Shown: in pieces, positions 42,507 to 55,442 of the stretch
Layout: every line of letters starts with the position of its first letter
Position numbering within the stretch: the stretch's first letter is position 1
NCBI GenBank assembly: GCA_964016885.1
Contig: OZ024743.1
Coordinates: 169,260,001 to 169,324,000 of the forward strand
Reading direction: 5' to 3'
Origin: Eledone cirrhosa
Lineage: Eukaryota
DNA: 64,000 nt
The notes under the pieces: generated by a model
Databases searched by the model: none
The model's input: the letters and a program-made list of their open reading frames with translations, nothing else
What the model was told of the DNA's origin: nothing
Position numbers and translations under genes: made by a program

Positions 42507-43216
42507 TATAGTAGAATAATCGAGAATCGGAATATCAGCCCACGAAATCACGATAAACAATATCCGACATGCGTGGCAGAGGGCTCATTAATTTGGATAA
42601 ATCAGAGCTATAACTATCGTTAAAATACCAACTCATAGAGAACATGCCTAAAATCACCCATGCAGCCGAAAAAGAACGACCAGGAAGATTCGGGTTACTC
42701 AAATAAAATATCAATAAATTAATAAATTAAATGAATGTAAAAAACTCACCCGGACCCGCTAGAAAGATGTTAAATCTAGCTTCTTGGGTTTCTGCAATTC
42801 CTTAATCCAATCACTATCAGCCCACATAAAAATATATAAGACTTCTAGAGAAGGGACAAACGAGGAAAGGCTTCGTCAACGAGTTTTCGTCCAATAATAC
42901 AGAGGGGACCCAAGGACAAAAACGCACATGGTATTCAGCAAGGGAGGGAACCCCTATATTAGCGAAAGAATTCGGTGATGTGTAAATTATATAAGAATAC
43001 AAATTATCACATATCGAATCAGAGTGCTCAACAGACGTGTTAAAATAAACAAGAGCTATTCAACAGTCAATAAGATCAACAAAAAAAAATCATCAATAAA
43101 ATTAACTGGTCAATAGCTAAGGTCTAGAGTTAAATATAGTAGAATAATCGAGAATCGGAATATCAGCCCACGAAATCACGATAAACAATATCCGACATGC
43201 GTGGCAGAGGGCTCAG
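42507..43216 (-). mobile_element. Diverged relative of the 617-bp repeat: 628-bp unit plus ~80-bp terminal repeat, HHR at 42748-42884
   Basis: The reverse complement aligns along the whole array unit (e.g. TATTTTAACGATAGTTATAGCTCTGATT, GAGCCCTCTGCC, GAAGCTAGATTTAACA, GGGTCCGGGT). GTAGAATAATCG occurs at 42511 and 43139. Confidence 0.85.
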
Positions 43217-43479
43217 TATTTTTTGATATGACTGTTTGGGTAGTAGTGTGTAAGTATATATGGGGGTGTGTATATGTATGTGTGTAAATGTATGTGTATA
43301 TATATATATATTTATATATATGTATATATATATATGTATATGTATTTCTATATATGTGTGCATGTGCGTATGTATTTGTATGTGGCTATGTATGTTTTTA
43401 TGTATGTATAAGTGGGTGTTATCTCTCTATATACGTGCATTTATTTATGTATGCGTGCATGTATACTATGTACATTTAG

Positions 43480-46400
43480 GCGGGGTGGTCGTCAGTCATC
43501 CCGTCTAATTGGATATGGTATACTGGCACATAGTCAAACAAGGAAGAAGGAACATACCTCAGTATTATGTTATAGAAACATTTTTAATTAGAGCAATTAA
43601 AAGAATATATTCAAATACATCAGTGCTCCTAGGTTGGGATATATTTTAGTCATCATATAAAACCGCATGGTGTGATATCGTCCTTTGGATCACTGCGTCT
43701 ATTTACCCCGAGGAGATCATCGTTTAATAAATATTGTTTCAGCTACTGACGTCAGAACGTGACGTCAGAACGTGACGTCAGAACTAAGGGCAGTTAATCT
43801 ACTGCCTTCCCAGTCGACGCTAGATGGCGTGATCTTCTACATGGCCTCCCACCATATTTTTAGAAAATTAAATAAAAATCGGTTCATCGAATCATGTATG
43901 TGGAAAAACCGATTAGCAACCATCAAAAATCCCAAACCAAGGAGCAATCAGCCCAACCGAGCCTGAAGAGCACAATAAATTTAAAAAATACATACTAAAC
44001 AAGTATGGAAGAACGTGAAGGGAAAAGAAAAACAAATGTAATAAAATGTAAATACAATTTCCTAAAAGTTCCAATAGTCACTACAGGATTAAAGCACCGC
44101 ACAATAGCAGTTTAAAGATATACCGTGCTACACAGTTTTTTTGGCCAATAAACCCTCCGACCGGAACGGGTCGTAGTCTTATATCTTGGTGATGGGGGGG
44201 GGGGGGAGAAGCAGGTGTGTGTGCAAAAGAGAAAGATGGGGTGTATGTGGCTCAGTTGTATGTAGCATCTGTGTGGGCCCGTTTAAGTCTATCAACCGCA
44301 ATGGTCTCTCTGGATCCCTTAATATCTACAGTGAAATGTTTATCAGAACGAGCCAACACACGGTAGGGTCCAGAGTACGGTTGTGTGAGAGGTGGTCTCA
44401 CAGCATCGTTTCTTACGAATACATGGGTCCACGAGGCAATATCCCTCGGGACTGCATATTTTACAGTTTGTTTCCTCGTATCCATCGGCGGCAGGTCCTG
44501 AAAATAAGAACGCAGATGGGATACGTAGGAAAGCGGATCTTGTGCAGCAAGATCGACAGGGGCAAGCATTTGCCCAGGCAACGCTAGAGGAGCACCATAC
44601 AATAATTCGGCCGGGGAGAACCCAAGGTCCTCCTTTATTGATGACCGAATCCCCAACAACACAATAAGGAGGTACTCGCTCTAACGCGTAGAGTCAGGAA
44701 AAGTCCGTAAAGCGGCTTTTAGTTGTCGGTGGAAACGCTCCACCATTCCATTAGAGGCAGGATGATATGCAGTCGTTCGGATGCGTTTAGCGCCGATGAT
44801 TTTCGTTAATTCATGGAAGAGATTCGATTCAAGCTGTCTTCCACGGTCCGTTGTAATCGTGGTTGGCACTCCAAAGCGGGAAATCCATCCTGATACTAGG
44901 ACACGCGCTGTCGTTTCAGCAGTGATGTCTTTCAAGGGGATGGCTTCAGGCCATCGCGAAAAACGATCAATAACAGTCAATAGATAAGTATGACCACCAC
45001 TGACTGGCCAAGGTCCCACGATGTCCACATGAATATGCCGGAAACGAGCGTCCGGTGTACTGAACGTACCGAGCGGAGCCTTAACCTATTTATGGATTTT
45101 CGATTTCTGGCAAGGGATGCAGGAACGGCACCAAGCAGTAATATCGCGCCTCATATTTGGCCAGAAGAATCTGTCTGTTATGAGCTTTACTGTGGAAGAA
45201 GATCCTGGGTGGGACATGGTGTGTAAAGCAAGAAACACAGTACGACGATGGTTTAGCGGGACGAATGGTCTCGGTGAATCCACGGAAACGTCGCAGAGAA
45301 TCTGTCCGTCTGCCGTGGGCAATGGCAGGTATTTCAAATTACTCGTCGCAAATTCGGCTGATGTAATATCCAACGATTTCAGTGCAGGGAACTGATCGGC
45401 AATCGAGACAGGGCGTCAGCCGCTGTGTTTAATGAGCCTGGAATGTGTTGGATGTCGTTTGTGAATTGCGAGATAAAGTCGAGATGCCTTCTTTCTCTGA
45501 GCGAGTACTTGTCAGACTTTGTCCTTAAAGCGAAGGTCAAAGGTTTATGGTCAGATAGATTGTAAAACACCTTCCTTCGAGCATATGTGAAAAATGTTTC
45601 ACGGAAAGGTAGATGACTAACAGCTCCCGGCCAAAGGTGCTGTAGCGAGTTTCTGCAGGCTTCAACTTCCTGGAGAAAAATTCCAATGGTTGTTGGTGAT
45701 CGTCACTACTCTGTTGTAAGACTGCACCCACTGCAGTATCCGACGCATCAACACAAAGCGAAAGCTTTGCATTGGACACTGGGTGGGCCAGCAAATATGC
45801 ACTAGCCAATGCTGATTTGGCTTTTTGAAAATCCTCGGGCTGAGTCTGAGCCAAAGAGATGTCCTTATTTTTCTTGCGGCAATTTTTCAGAATGTCAGTA
45901 AGAGAGAAGAGTAGATTAGCACAATGCGGAACAAAACGTCTATAGAAATTTATCCGTCCTAGGAATTGTCACAACTGACGAAGTGAGGTCGGCGGAGGCA
46001 AATCCTCTATAGCCTGAACTCGTTGAGGGAGGGGTCAAATACCTTCGGAGTCAATGACATGACCTAAAAAATTCAGCGATTCCGCACCGAAAACACATTT
46101 TGTGGTATTTATTTGAACACTGTAATCCTTTAGCCGACAAAACAAAAGATTCAAATGACGTATGTGTTCTTCTCTGGAGGAACTAGCAATAAGCAGATCA
46201 TCAATATAAGTGTAGACGAAGTCTAAACCACGAGTGACCTCATCCATGAACCATTGAAAGGTGCTAAGTCTGAAAGGCATGGTAAGAAATTCAAATGATC
46301 CAAATGGAGTCGTAATGGCCGTTTTCGGAATATCTTCTTTCTTGACAGGAATCTGATGATAGGCTCGCACCAAATCGAGCTTCGAGAATATTTTATATCC

Positions 46401-47325
46401 CTGCAATGACGATGCAAAATCTTGCAGGTGTGGAATAGGATATCTATCCGGGACAGTTATAGCATTTAACTTCCTATATTCCCCAGTGGGTCTCCAGTCG
46501 CCAGAAATCTTGGGTACCATGTGTAACGGAGAAGCCCAAGGGCTTGTAGAAGGGCGAATTATGCCTAGCTGCAGCATGTGGTCGAACTCGGACCGTGCTG
46601 CCTTCAATTTGTCCACAGGCAAGCGACAAGGACGTGAGAACACTGGGACGCCAGTTGTAGAGATAAAATGCTCCGTTGTGTGAGTCGGTTCAACAACTCG
46701 AAAATTTCCCTGAGTAAGCTGTGGGAAAGAATTCAACAATGCATCATAGGGATTCCCAGCATTAGCGATGAAAAAGGTCGGGCTAACTGTTGGAAAATTA
46801 GCTTTCTGGCCACGAAGAGAAAAAAACAGTAATGTCGTCTACTAGGCGTCGGCCACGGACGTCCACCGTCAATGCAAAATGGTGTAGAAAATTCGCTCCC
46901 AAGATCGGATATGGTAGGTCAGCAACCGTAAAAATACATTTGAATTCTCGTCGAAGATTTCTGAATTGCAGAGGAAGCGAGATTTGTCCAAAAGTCCGTA
47001 TCGGCGAATGATTGACAGCTTGTAGAATCATTGATGACTCAGGAGGAGTTACTGTCATACAATTGACAGGCCAAATACTGCACGAAGCTCCTGTGTCTAC
47101 GAGGAAGGCTTTTCCAGACACGAGGTCCTCTATGAAGAATGGCGGTTCTATTGTGTCTCGCAGAGTTCACTTGCCGCCTTTAGTGACTCTGATCTACATT
47201 TCCCGAAGCTGAATATTTACATGGAGGCCGGCAATGTTTTGCCTTATCCGCGAAGGTGGCATGATACCAGCAAAATAATGGATTGCTGGTGGGCGAAGTA
47301 GTATGCTGACGTGAAGTCGCGAAAG
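43480..47325 (-). mobile_element. Ty3/Gypsy LTR retrotransposon, 5'-truncated in gag, related to 4429-9252
   Basis: Minus strand: gag CWYH..F...A..C..PC, LVDTGAS, YIDD, DASD..VGAVL, and integrase HPG..Cxx[14 protein letters not shown]. The 3' LTR starts TGTAGAAGATC at 43841 after the PPT GGTGGGAGGCCA; its far end is approximate. Confidence 0.9.
43747..43780. promoter_or_regulatory. Three perfect CRE palindromes (TGACGTCA) at 13-bp spacing in the LTR
   Basis: TGACGTCA at 43747, 43760 and 43773; function untested. Confidence 0.5.
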
Positions 47326-47389
47326 AACAGATAAAAAATATCAATAAAACAATACGTCAATAATTTAAATAGTTTTCCATTTATTTAAT

Positions 47390-47441
<52 letters not shown>

Positions 47442-47910
47442 ATTAAATAAATGGAAAACTATATTTATAAAACCATATTTATTTCATTATATATATTTCG
47501 GGGATATCATATTAACAATATGCTATGCCTTCATCAGACAAAATACAATATAAACAGTTTTATAGATAAATATATTCGACATACCGTAATAAACATCAAC
47601 TTCATTTGAAGAGGTTCACTCTAGCAGTGAAAATACAGAGAGAAAGAAAGAGAGAGAGAAAAGAGGGAAATAAGAAAGAAAGAAAGACAAAACGAAGAAA
47701 AGGAAGAAAAAGAAGAAAAAGAAGAAATGCATGGGACAAAATAGAGAGATGGAAAAATAGATAAAGCGAAGAGCTTCATGTAAAGAGACCGAAAGAGATA
47801 TATATATATATATAGAGAGAGAGGAAATAGAGATAGATACATATATAAATATAGATATAGAAAAATTAGGTAGTGGGAGGTCATTTTGAGTAAGTGTATC
47901 AATGATGCAT

Positions 47911-47945
<35 letters not shown>

Positions 47946-48752
47946 GCTCAAGTATTAATGTAAGGGAGATATATAGAGAGATATAGAGAGATATAGAGAG
48001 AGAAAAATTTAAAAATAGCCAGACATATTCGAGGCGTAGAAAACCCTATGTTTTAATGTATTAGTATTTATAAAACTTACACTATATTGTAAATATCAGT
48101 ATTCCTGAATGAAACAAGTATTCACAATGCGTGAAAATTCATTATCTTATGTTTAGTTTTTTAAAAAAAATTCATATGTCTATGTGAATCCAACTGATTC
48201 ACTCCGCAAATTCAAAGTTACCGGAAAACATTCTCAATGTGGTATAAAAATTTGAGCGTATTATTATTCTTGCGATTACTCTACAAGATTATCTATCAAG
48301 CAGAAATAGAGAGCAGATTTCAATATACTAATCGAAAATATATATTATATTATAAGCAGAGATAACAATAATAATGATAATAAGTAAAAATATATAAAAA
48401 TATAAAAATATAAAAATATAGAATAGAAAACTAAAAAAGAATATTACGAAAGAATATTACATAATAAAAATATTGCATATTAAAAATACTACGTATTAAA
48501 AATATTACGTATTAAAACTTTACATATAAAAATATAAAAAACTAAACATAAGATAATGAATTTTCACGCATTGTGAATACTTGTTTCATTCAGGAATACT
48601 GATATTTACAATATAGTGTAAGTTTTATAAATACTAATACATTAAAACATAGGGTTTTCTACGCCTCGAATATGTCTGGCTATTTTTAAATTTTTCTCTC
48701 TCTATATCTCTCTATATCTCTCTATATATCTCCCTTACATTAATACTTGAGC

Positions 48753-48787
<35 letters not shown>

Positions 48788-49256
48788 ATGCATCATTGAT
48801 ACACTTACTCAAAATGACCTCCCACTACCTAATTTTTCTATATCTATATTTATATATGTATCTATCTCTATTTCCTCTCTCTCTATATATATATATATAT
48901 CTCTTTCGGTCTCTTTACATGAAGCTCTTCGCTTTATCTATTTTTCCATCTCTCTATTTTGTCCCATGCATTTCTTCTTTTTCTTCTTTTTCTTCCTTTT
49001 CTTCGTTTTGTCTTTCTTTCTTTCTTATTTCCCTCTTTTCTCTCTCTCTTTCTTTCTCTCTGTATTTTCACTGCTAGAGTGAACCTCTTCAAATGAAGTT
49101 GATGTTTATTACGGTATGTCGAATATATTTATCTATAAAACTGTTTATATTGTATTTTGTCTGATGAAGGCATAGCATATTGTTAATATGATATCCCCGA
49201 AATATATATAATGAAATAAATATGGTTTTATAAATATAGTTTTCCATTTATTTAAT

Positions 49257-49305
<49 letters not shown>

Positions 49306-49364
49306 ATAAATGGAAAACTATTTAAATTATTGACGTATTGTTTTATTGATATTTTTTATCTGTT
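47326..49364. repeat. Near-perfect ~830-bp inverted repeat with ~375-bp spacer (PLE pLTR-like)
   Basis: 47326-48162 is the reverse complement of 48536-49364. Each arm has an HHR-like motif (CTGATGA-AGGCATAGCATATT..AATATGATATCCCC-GAAA at 49161-49202) and a (TA)n-centred mini-palindrome. Confidence 0.93.
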
Positions 49365-52300
49365 TGTCCCGAATCTTCCTTTATCGATTTTATATCGTAT
49401 GGTTGATTGTAGACTTGTTCTATATGTTACGGTATTTTAACGATAGTTATAGCTCTGATTCATCTGAATTATTGAGCCCTCTGCCGCTCATGTCGAATCT
49501 CGTTTATCGTGAACTCGTGCGCCGATTTTTCGATACTCGATCTTTCTAATATATTTAGCTCTGGACATAGCTATCCACCAGTTAATTTTATTGCTCATTT
49601 TTTGTCGATTCTATTGAGTGATGAATAGCTTTTGTTTTATTTTAACATGTCTATTGAGCACTCTAATTCGATATGTGTATTTCCACATTCACTCGAATTG
49701 TTTTCGCGGATATAGGGGTTATCTCCCTTGTCTAATGCCATGTGCGTTTTTCACTGGTAGTTAGCTCCTCTACCGCCAGGAAAAAAGCTCGTTGAGAAAG
49801 TAAAACTCCGTTCCGCTTGCTCTAGTAAGCTTTTATATTTATATGTGAGCTGATAGAGTACAGTCTAAGGATTTACAGAAACCCATGAAGCTAGATTTAA
49901 CACCTGTCTAGTGGGTCCGGGTATGATTTTACATTCATTTAAATTATTGACGTATTGTTTTATTGATATTTTTTATCTGTTTGTCCCGAATCTTCCTTTA
50001 TCGATTTTATATCGTATGGTTGATTGTAGACTTGTTCTATATGTGACGGTATTTTAACGATAGTTATAGCTCTGATTCATCTGAATTATTGAGCCCTCTG
50101 CCGCTCATGTCGAATCTCGTTTATCGTGAACTCGTGCGCCGATTTTTCGATACTCGATCTTTCTAATATATTTAGCTCTGGACATAGCTATCCACCAGTT
50201 AATTTTATTGCTCATTTGTTGTCGATTCTATTGAGTGATGAATAGCTTTTGTTTTATTTTAACATGTCTATTGAGCACTCTAATTCGATATGTGTATTTC
50301 CACATTCACTCGAATTGTTTTCGCGGATATAGGGGTTATCTCCCTTGTCTAATGCCATGTGCGTTTTTCACTGGTAGTTAGCTCCTCTACCGCCAGGAAA
50401 AAAGCTCGTTGAGAAAGTAAAACTCCGTTCCGCTTGCTCTAGTAGGCTTTTATATTTATATGTGAGCTGATAGAGTACAGTCTAAGGATTTACAGAAACC
50501 CATGAAGCTAGATTTAACACCTGTCTAGTGGGTCCGGGTATGATTTTACATTCATTTAAATTATTGACGTATTGTTTTATTGATATTTTTTATCTGTTTG
50601 TCCCGAATCTTCCTTTATCGATTTTATATCGTATGGTTGATTGTAGACTTGTTCTATATGTGACGGTATTTTAACGATAGTTATAGCTCTGATTCATCTG
50701 AATTATTGAGCCCTCTGCCGCTCATGTCGAATCTCGTTTATCGTGAACTCGTGCGCCGATTTTTCGATACTCGATCTTTCTAATATATTTAGCTCTGGAC
50801 ATAGCTATCCACCAGTTAATTTTATTGCTCATTTTTTGTCGATTCTATTGAGTGATGAATAGCTTTTGTTTTATTTTAACATGTCTATTGAGCACTCTAA
50901 TTCGATATGTGTATTTCCACATTCACTCGAATTGTTTTCGCGGATATAGGGGTTATCTCCCATGTCTAATGCCATGTGCGTTTTTCACTGGTAGTTAGCT
51001 CCTCTACCGCCAGGAAAAAAGCTCGTTGAGAAAGTAAAACTCCGTTCCGCTTGCTCTAGTAGGCTTTTATATTTATATGTGAGCTGATAGAGTACAGTCT
51101 AAGGATTTACAGAAACCCATGAAGCTAGATTTAACACCTGTCTAGTGGGTCCGGGTATGATTTTACATTCATTTAAATTATTGACGTATTGTTTTATTGA
51201 TATTTTTTATCTGTTTGTCCCGAATCTTCCTTTATCGATTTTATATCGTATGGTTGATTGTAGACTTGTTCTATATGTGACGGTATTTTAACGATAGTTA
51301 TAGCTCTGATTCATCTGAATTATTGAGCCCTCTGCCGCTCATGTCGAATCTCGTTTATCGTGAACTCGTGCGCCGATTTTTCGATACTCGATCTTTCTAA
51401 TATATTTAGCTCTGGACATAGCTATCCACCAGTTAATTTTATTGCTCATTTGTTGTCGATTCTATTGAGTGATGAATAGCTTTTGTTTTATTTTAACATG
51501 TCTATTGAGCACTCTAATTCGATATGTGTATTTCCACATTCACTCGAATTGTTTTCGCGGATATAGGGGTTATCTCCCTTGTCTAATGCCATGTGCGTTT
51601 TTCACTGGTAGTTAGCTCCTCTACCGCCAGGAAAAAAGCTCGTTGAGAAAGTAAAACTCCGTTCCGCTTGCTCTAGTAGGCTTTTATATTTATATGTGAG
51701 CTGATAGAGTACAGTCTAAGGATTTACAGAAACCCATGAAGCTAGATTTAACACCTGTCTAGTGGGTCCGGGTATGATTTTACATTCATTTAAATTATTG
51801 ACGTATTGTTTTATTGATATTTTTTATCTGTTTGTCCCGAATCTTCCTTTATCGATTTTATATCGTATGGTTGATTGTAGACTTGTTCTATATGTGACGG
51901 TATTTTAACGATAGTTATAGCTCTGATTCATCTGAATTATTGAGCCCTCTGCCGCTCATGTCGAATCTCGTTTATCGTGAACTCGTGCGCCGATTTTTCG
52001 ATACTCGATCTTTCTAATATATTTAGCTCTGGACATAGCTATCCACCAGTTAATTTTATTGCTCATTTTTTGTCGATTCTATTGAGTGATGAATAGCTTT
52101 TGTTTTATTTTAACATGTCTATTGAGCACTCTAATTCGATATGTGTATTTCCACATTCACTCGAATTGTTTTCGCGGATATAGGGGTTATCTCCCTTGTC
52201 TAATGCCATGTGCGTTTTTCACTGGTAGTTAGCTCCTCTACCGCCAGGAAAAAAGCTCGTTGAGAAAGTAAAACTCCGTTCCGCTTGCTCTAGTAGGCTT

Positions 52301-53244
52301 TTATATTTATATGTGAGCTGATAGAGTACAGTCTAAGGATTTACAGAAACCCATGAAGCTAGATTTAACACCTGTCTAGTGGGTCCGGGTATGATTTTAC
52401 ATTCATTTAAATTATTGACGTATTGTTTTATTGATATTTTTTATCTGTTTGTCCCGAATCTTCCTTTATCGATTTTATATCGTATGGTTGATTGTAGACT
52501 TGTTCTATATGTGACGGTATTTTAACGATAGTTATAGCTCTGATTCATCTGAATTATTGAGCCCTCTGCCGCTCATGTCGAATCTCGTTTATCGTGAACT
52601 CGTGCGCCGATTTTTCGATACTCGATCTTTCTAATATATTTAGCTCTGGACATAGCTATCCACCAGTTAATTTTATTGCTCATTTTTTGTCGATTCTATT
52701 GAGTGATGAATAGCTTTTGTTTTATTTTAACATGTCTATTGAGCACTCTAATTCGATATGTGTATTTCCACATTCACTCGAATTGTTTTCGCGGATATAG
52801 GGGTTATCTCCCTTGTCTAATGCCATGTGCGTTTTTCACTGGTAGTTAGCTCCTCTACCGCCAGGAAAAAAGCTCGTTGAGAAAGTAAAACTCCGTTCCG
52901 CTTGCTCTAGTAGGCTTTTATATTTATATGTGAGCTGATAGAGTACAGTCTAAGGATTTACAGAAACCCATGAAGCTAGATTTAACACCTGTCTAGTGGG
53001 TCCGGGTATGATTTTACATTCATTTAAATTATTGACGTATTGTTTTATTGATATTTTTTATCTGTTTGTCCCGAATCTTCCTTTATCGATTTTATATCGT
53101 ATGGTTGATTGTAGACTTGTTCTATATGTGACGGTATTTTAACGATAGTTATAGCTCTGATTCATCTGAATTATTGAGCCCTCTGCCGCTCATGTCGAAT
53201 CTCGTTTATCGTGAACTCGTGCGCCGATTTTTCGATACTCGATC

Positions 53245-53255
<11 letters not shown>
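49321..53255 (+). repeat. Tandem array of a 617-bp HHR-containing unit, about 6.4 near-identical copies (retrozyme-like)
   Basis: Units start at 49321, 49938, 50555, 51172, 51789, 52406 and 53023 (partial). Only scattered single-base differences were seen. The array ends at (TA)n. Confidence 0.97.
49787..49922 (+). ncRNA. Type I hammerhead ribozyme, U3-A8 core, enlarged stems II and III (repeated at +617-bp intervals, six copies up to 53007)
   Basis: GCTCG-TTGAGAA-A-GTAAA.TCC...GGA-TTTAC-A-GAAA-CCCA-tgaag-CTAGA..TCTAG-TGGG-TC-CGGGT. Pairing is preserved in the diverged copy at 42748-42884. Confidence 0.72.
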
Positions 53256-53302
<47 letters not shown>

Positions 53303-54164
53303 TTGTCGTGGCAATAAAGTCTTTAGAATAGTAGACTGTGTGCCGTATATAGCAGTAAATGTAGCTAATATTAGTTGGAATTTTAACTTTGTTGTACATT
53401 TATATATATATATAATTAGATAATTAGAGAATTACACAGATTTGCAATACACTGTACAATAGAAATTATTTCAAACATTTACATATGTTTCATTGACATG
53501 TATCGAAGATCATCTAGAAATCGCTAATCCTAATAATCTATCGGGGAAAAATCGAATGATGTAAATTGTTTTTTCACTCTCAGCACATCAAATTATCAAA
53601 ACAGAATAACGACCTGAGCTTGTTTGGACCTTATAAGAAGGGTAGGTATATAGATGGGAAGATGAGTAGACATAAAATAGATAGACATAAAAAAGAAAGG
53701 AAAAAAGTAAGTAATCATATACAGAGAGTTCATAGTAAAGATCAGATGCTGTTGTCTACTTGTTTTGGGTGTATATTCTTTTGGGTGCCTGTCGACGGGA
53801 TTGGATGATGATTGGTTGAAAGCGTCTTGATGTATTGACCAATGGCTATTTGTCATAGAAACATGTTGACATGCACCGTGTCATTGATTTCTATGGCTGT
53901 GAAAGGGTGTTAATAGATTTATAGATAAGGAATTGCCATTGTTTTATAGCCATTCCGATAAGACTTAGATAAATGTTTTCAAATGTTTTCAGTGGCGTCA
54001 AAGTGTACATGAAAGGTATAATAAGGAAATGAAAAGGTCTAGGAAATAAGGTTTATATATGTCTGAGTAGAATGTTAGATGGATTGAATCTTAGGCTATA
54101 CCTGTTGGTAAAGGCTTTAACAATGGAGAGTAATAGAGCACAGGGAGAAATACTTAGAAAATTA

Positions 54165-55392
54165 GACGAGGCATCGCGACCGACAGGCTTGCGGCGAAAT
54201 TGGCCCTCGTCCAGTTCTTCAACGCAGAGCCCGAAGGCTGCGTTGTCAGAGATAGGGCATGCGTTCGCAGACACGAGGGGATGAAAGCAGTTCAATGGGC
54301 CCGAGTGGCGGAGGCGCGTCGTTGCAACAAAGTCATGATCCGGTCTTTGGTGGACCACGACGGGCGCATGCTACTCGATCCCGGGCAAATGTGTGCGACT
54401 TTTCAGCGACACTTCGCTCAGCTGTTCGGGGGAAGCGGCGGGCCGGATCGCAGGATGGACTTTAGTGCCTACCTCGATGGACTGCCGCGGCACTCTGCCA
54501 CTAAGGCGGGGTGTTGCGAAAAGCCGATAACAGCAACCGAAGTTCGGGAGGCTATGACTGGCTGCACAATAGGTAAATCGCCTGGTTTGGATGGTCTGCC
54601 CTACGAACTTTACGACCATATGCCAGACTTGTTTGGAGACCTCTTGGCGGACATATACTGCAATTGGCAGCAGAACGGGAGAATTCCCAGCTCTGTGGGC
54701 CGAGGAGTGGTGGTGCTGCTGAGAAAGGATCCGAACAAGGGGGATAACATCGATAATTTCAGGCCCATAACTGTTAAACACAGAGATCAAGATTTTGGCA
54801 AAGGTGCTAACAAAGAGGTTGGCGCTTGTCGCTGGTGGTCTGGTGGGAGAGGCGTAGACATGCGCCATTCCAGATAGATCCATCCACGACAACCTCTACC
54901 TCATGCGATACATCGTCGAGAGGGTAGTTAGGGAACCTGGCACGGATGGTTCCTTTATCAATTTCGATCAGCCGAAAGCTTTCGATAGGGTCAAACAGCG
55001 GTATCTGGCGGCAGTCCTGAGGGCGGCTGGCTTTGGGCCCGTCTTCAGAGGCTGGATCACTGCGATGCACAGCGACACCTGCTCTGTGGTGAGAGTGAAC
55101 CTTTCGGAAGCGTTCAATCTCATGCGCTCGGTCCGCCAAGGATGTCCTATTTTGTCCCTGCTGTGCGTAATGAACCTCGAGCCATTACTGCACAAACAGG
55201 AGACGTTGAGGGGGTTCCCGCGGGTACTGGGATACGGAGGAACCGTATCAGTATATGCAGACGACATCACCGTAGTGGTGTCGAAAGCTAAACATCTCGA
55301 GGCGATCGGCACCACACTAAAAGAATGGTGGAGACAGGAGCTACGATCAACCAGGAAAAGTCGGTGGGCCTGCAACTCGGCACCTGTAGAGG
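54165..55392 (+). mobile_element. Tx1/L1-like LINE RT fragment, frameshifted
   Basis: KSPGLDGLPYELY, FRPIT, DQPKAFDRV, VRQGCP, YADD. Confidence 0.85.
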
Positions 55393-55399
55393 CAGGGAT

Positions 55400-55442
55400 A
55401 CGCTGCTGACGATAGCTAATAAGCTTGAAACTAGTACATCGT
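55400..55442 (+). ncRNA. Minimal HHR motif
   Basis: ACGCTG-CTGACGA-T-AGCT-AATA-AGCT-T-GAAA-CTAG-TA-CATCGT. Confidence 0.72.

Noticed and set aside
47621-49077. Identical 93-aa ORFs on opposite strands
   Set aside because: A by-product of the inverted repeat over CT-rich low-complexity sequence.
49848-49885. Alternative HHR core CTGATAGA...GAAA in the 617-bp unit
   Set aside because: No stem I partner for CGGGT, and the diverged copy reads CTGATAGTG. The upstream TTGAGAA core fits all three stems.
49321-53255. CRISPR array or tandem protein/snRNA gene cluster
   Set aside because: Units are identical end to end with no spacers. There is only a 67-aa low-complexity ORF, and I saw no match to U1/U2/U4/U5/U6 or 5S motifs.
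53478-53520. Minus-strand CTAGATGA...TGAAACATATGTA HHR-like relic
   Set aside because: The core has an insertion and stem I does not pair; too decayed to call.
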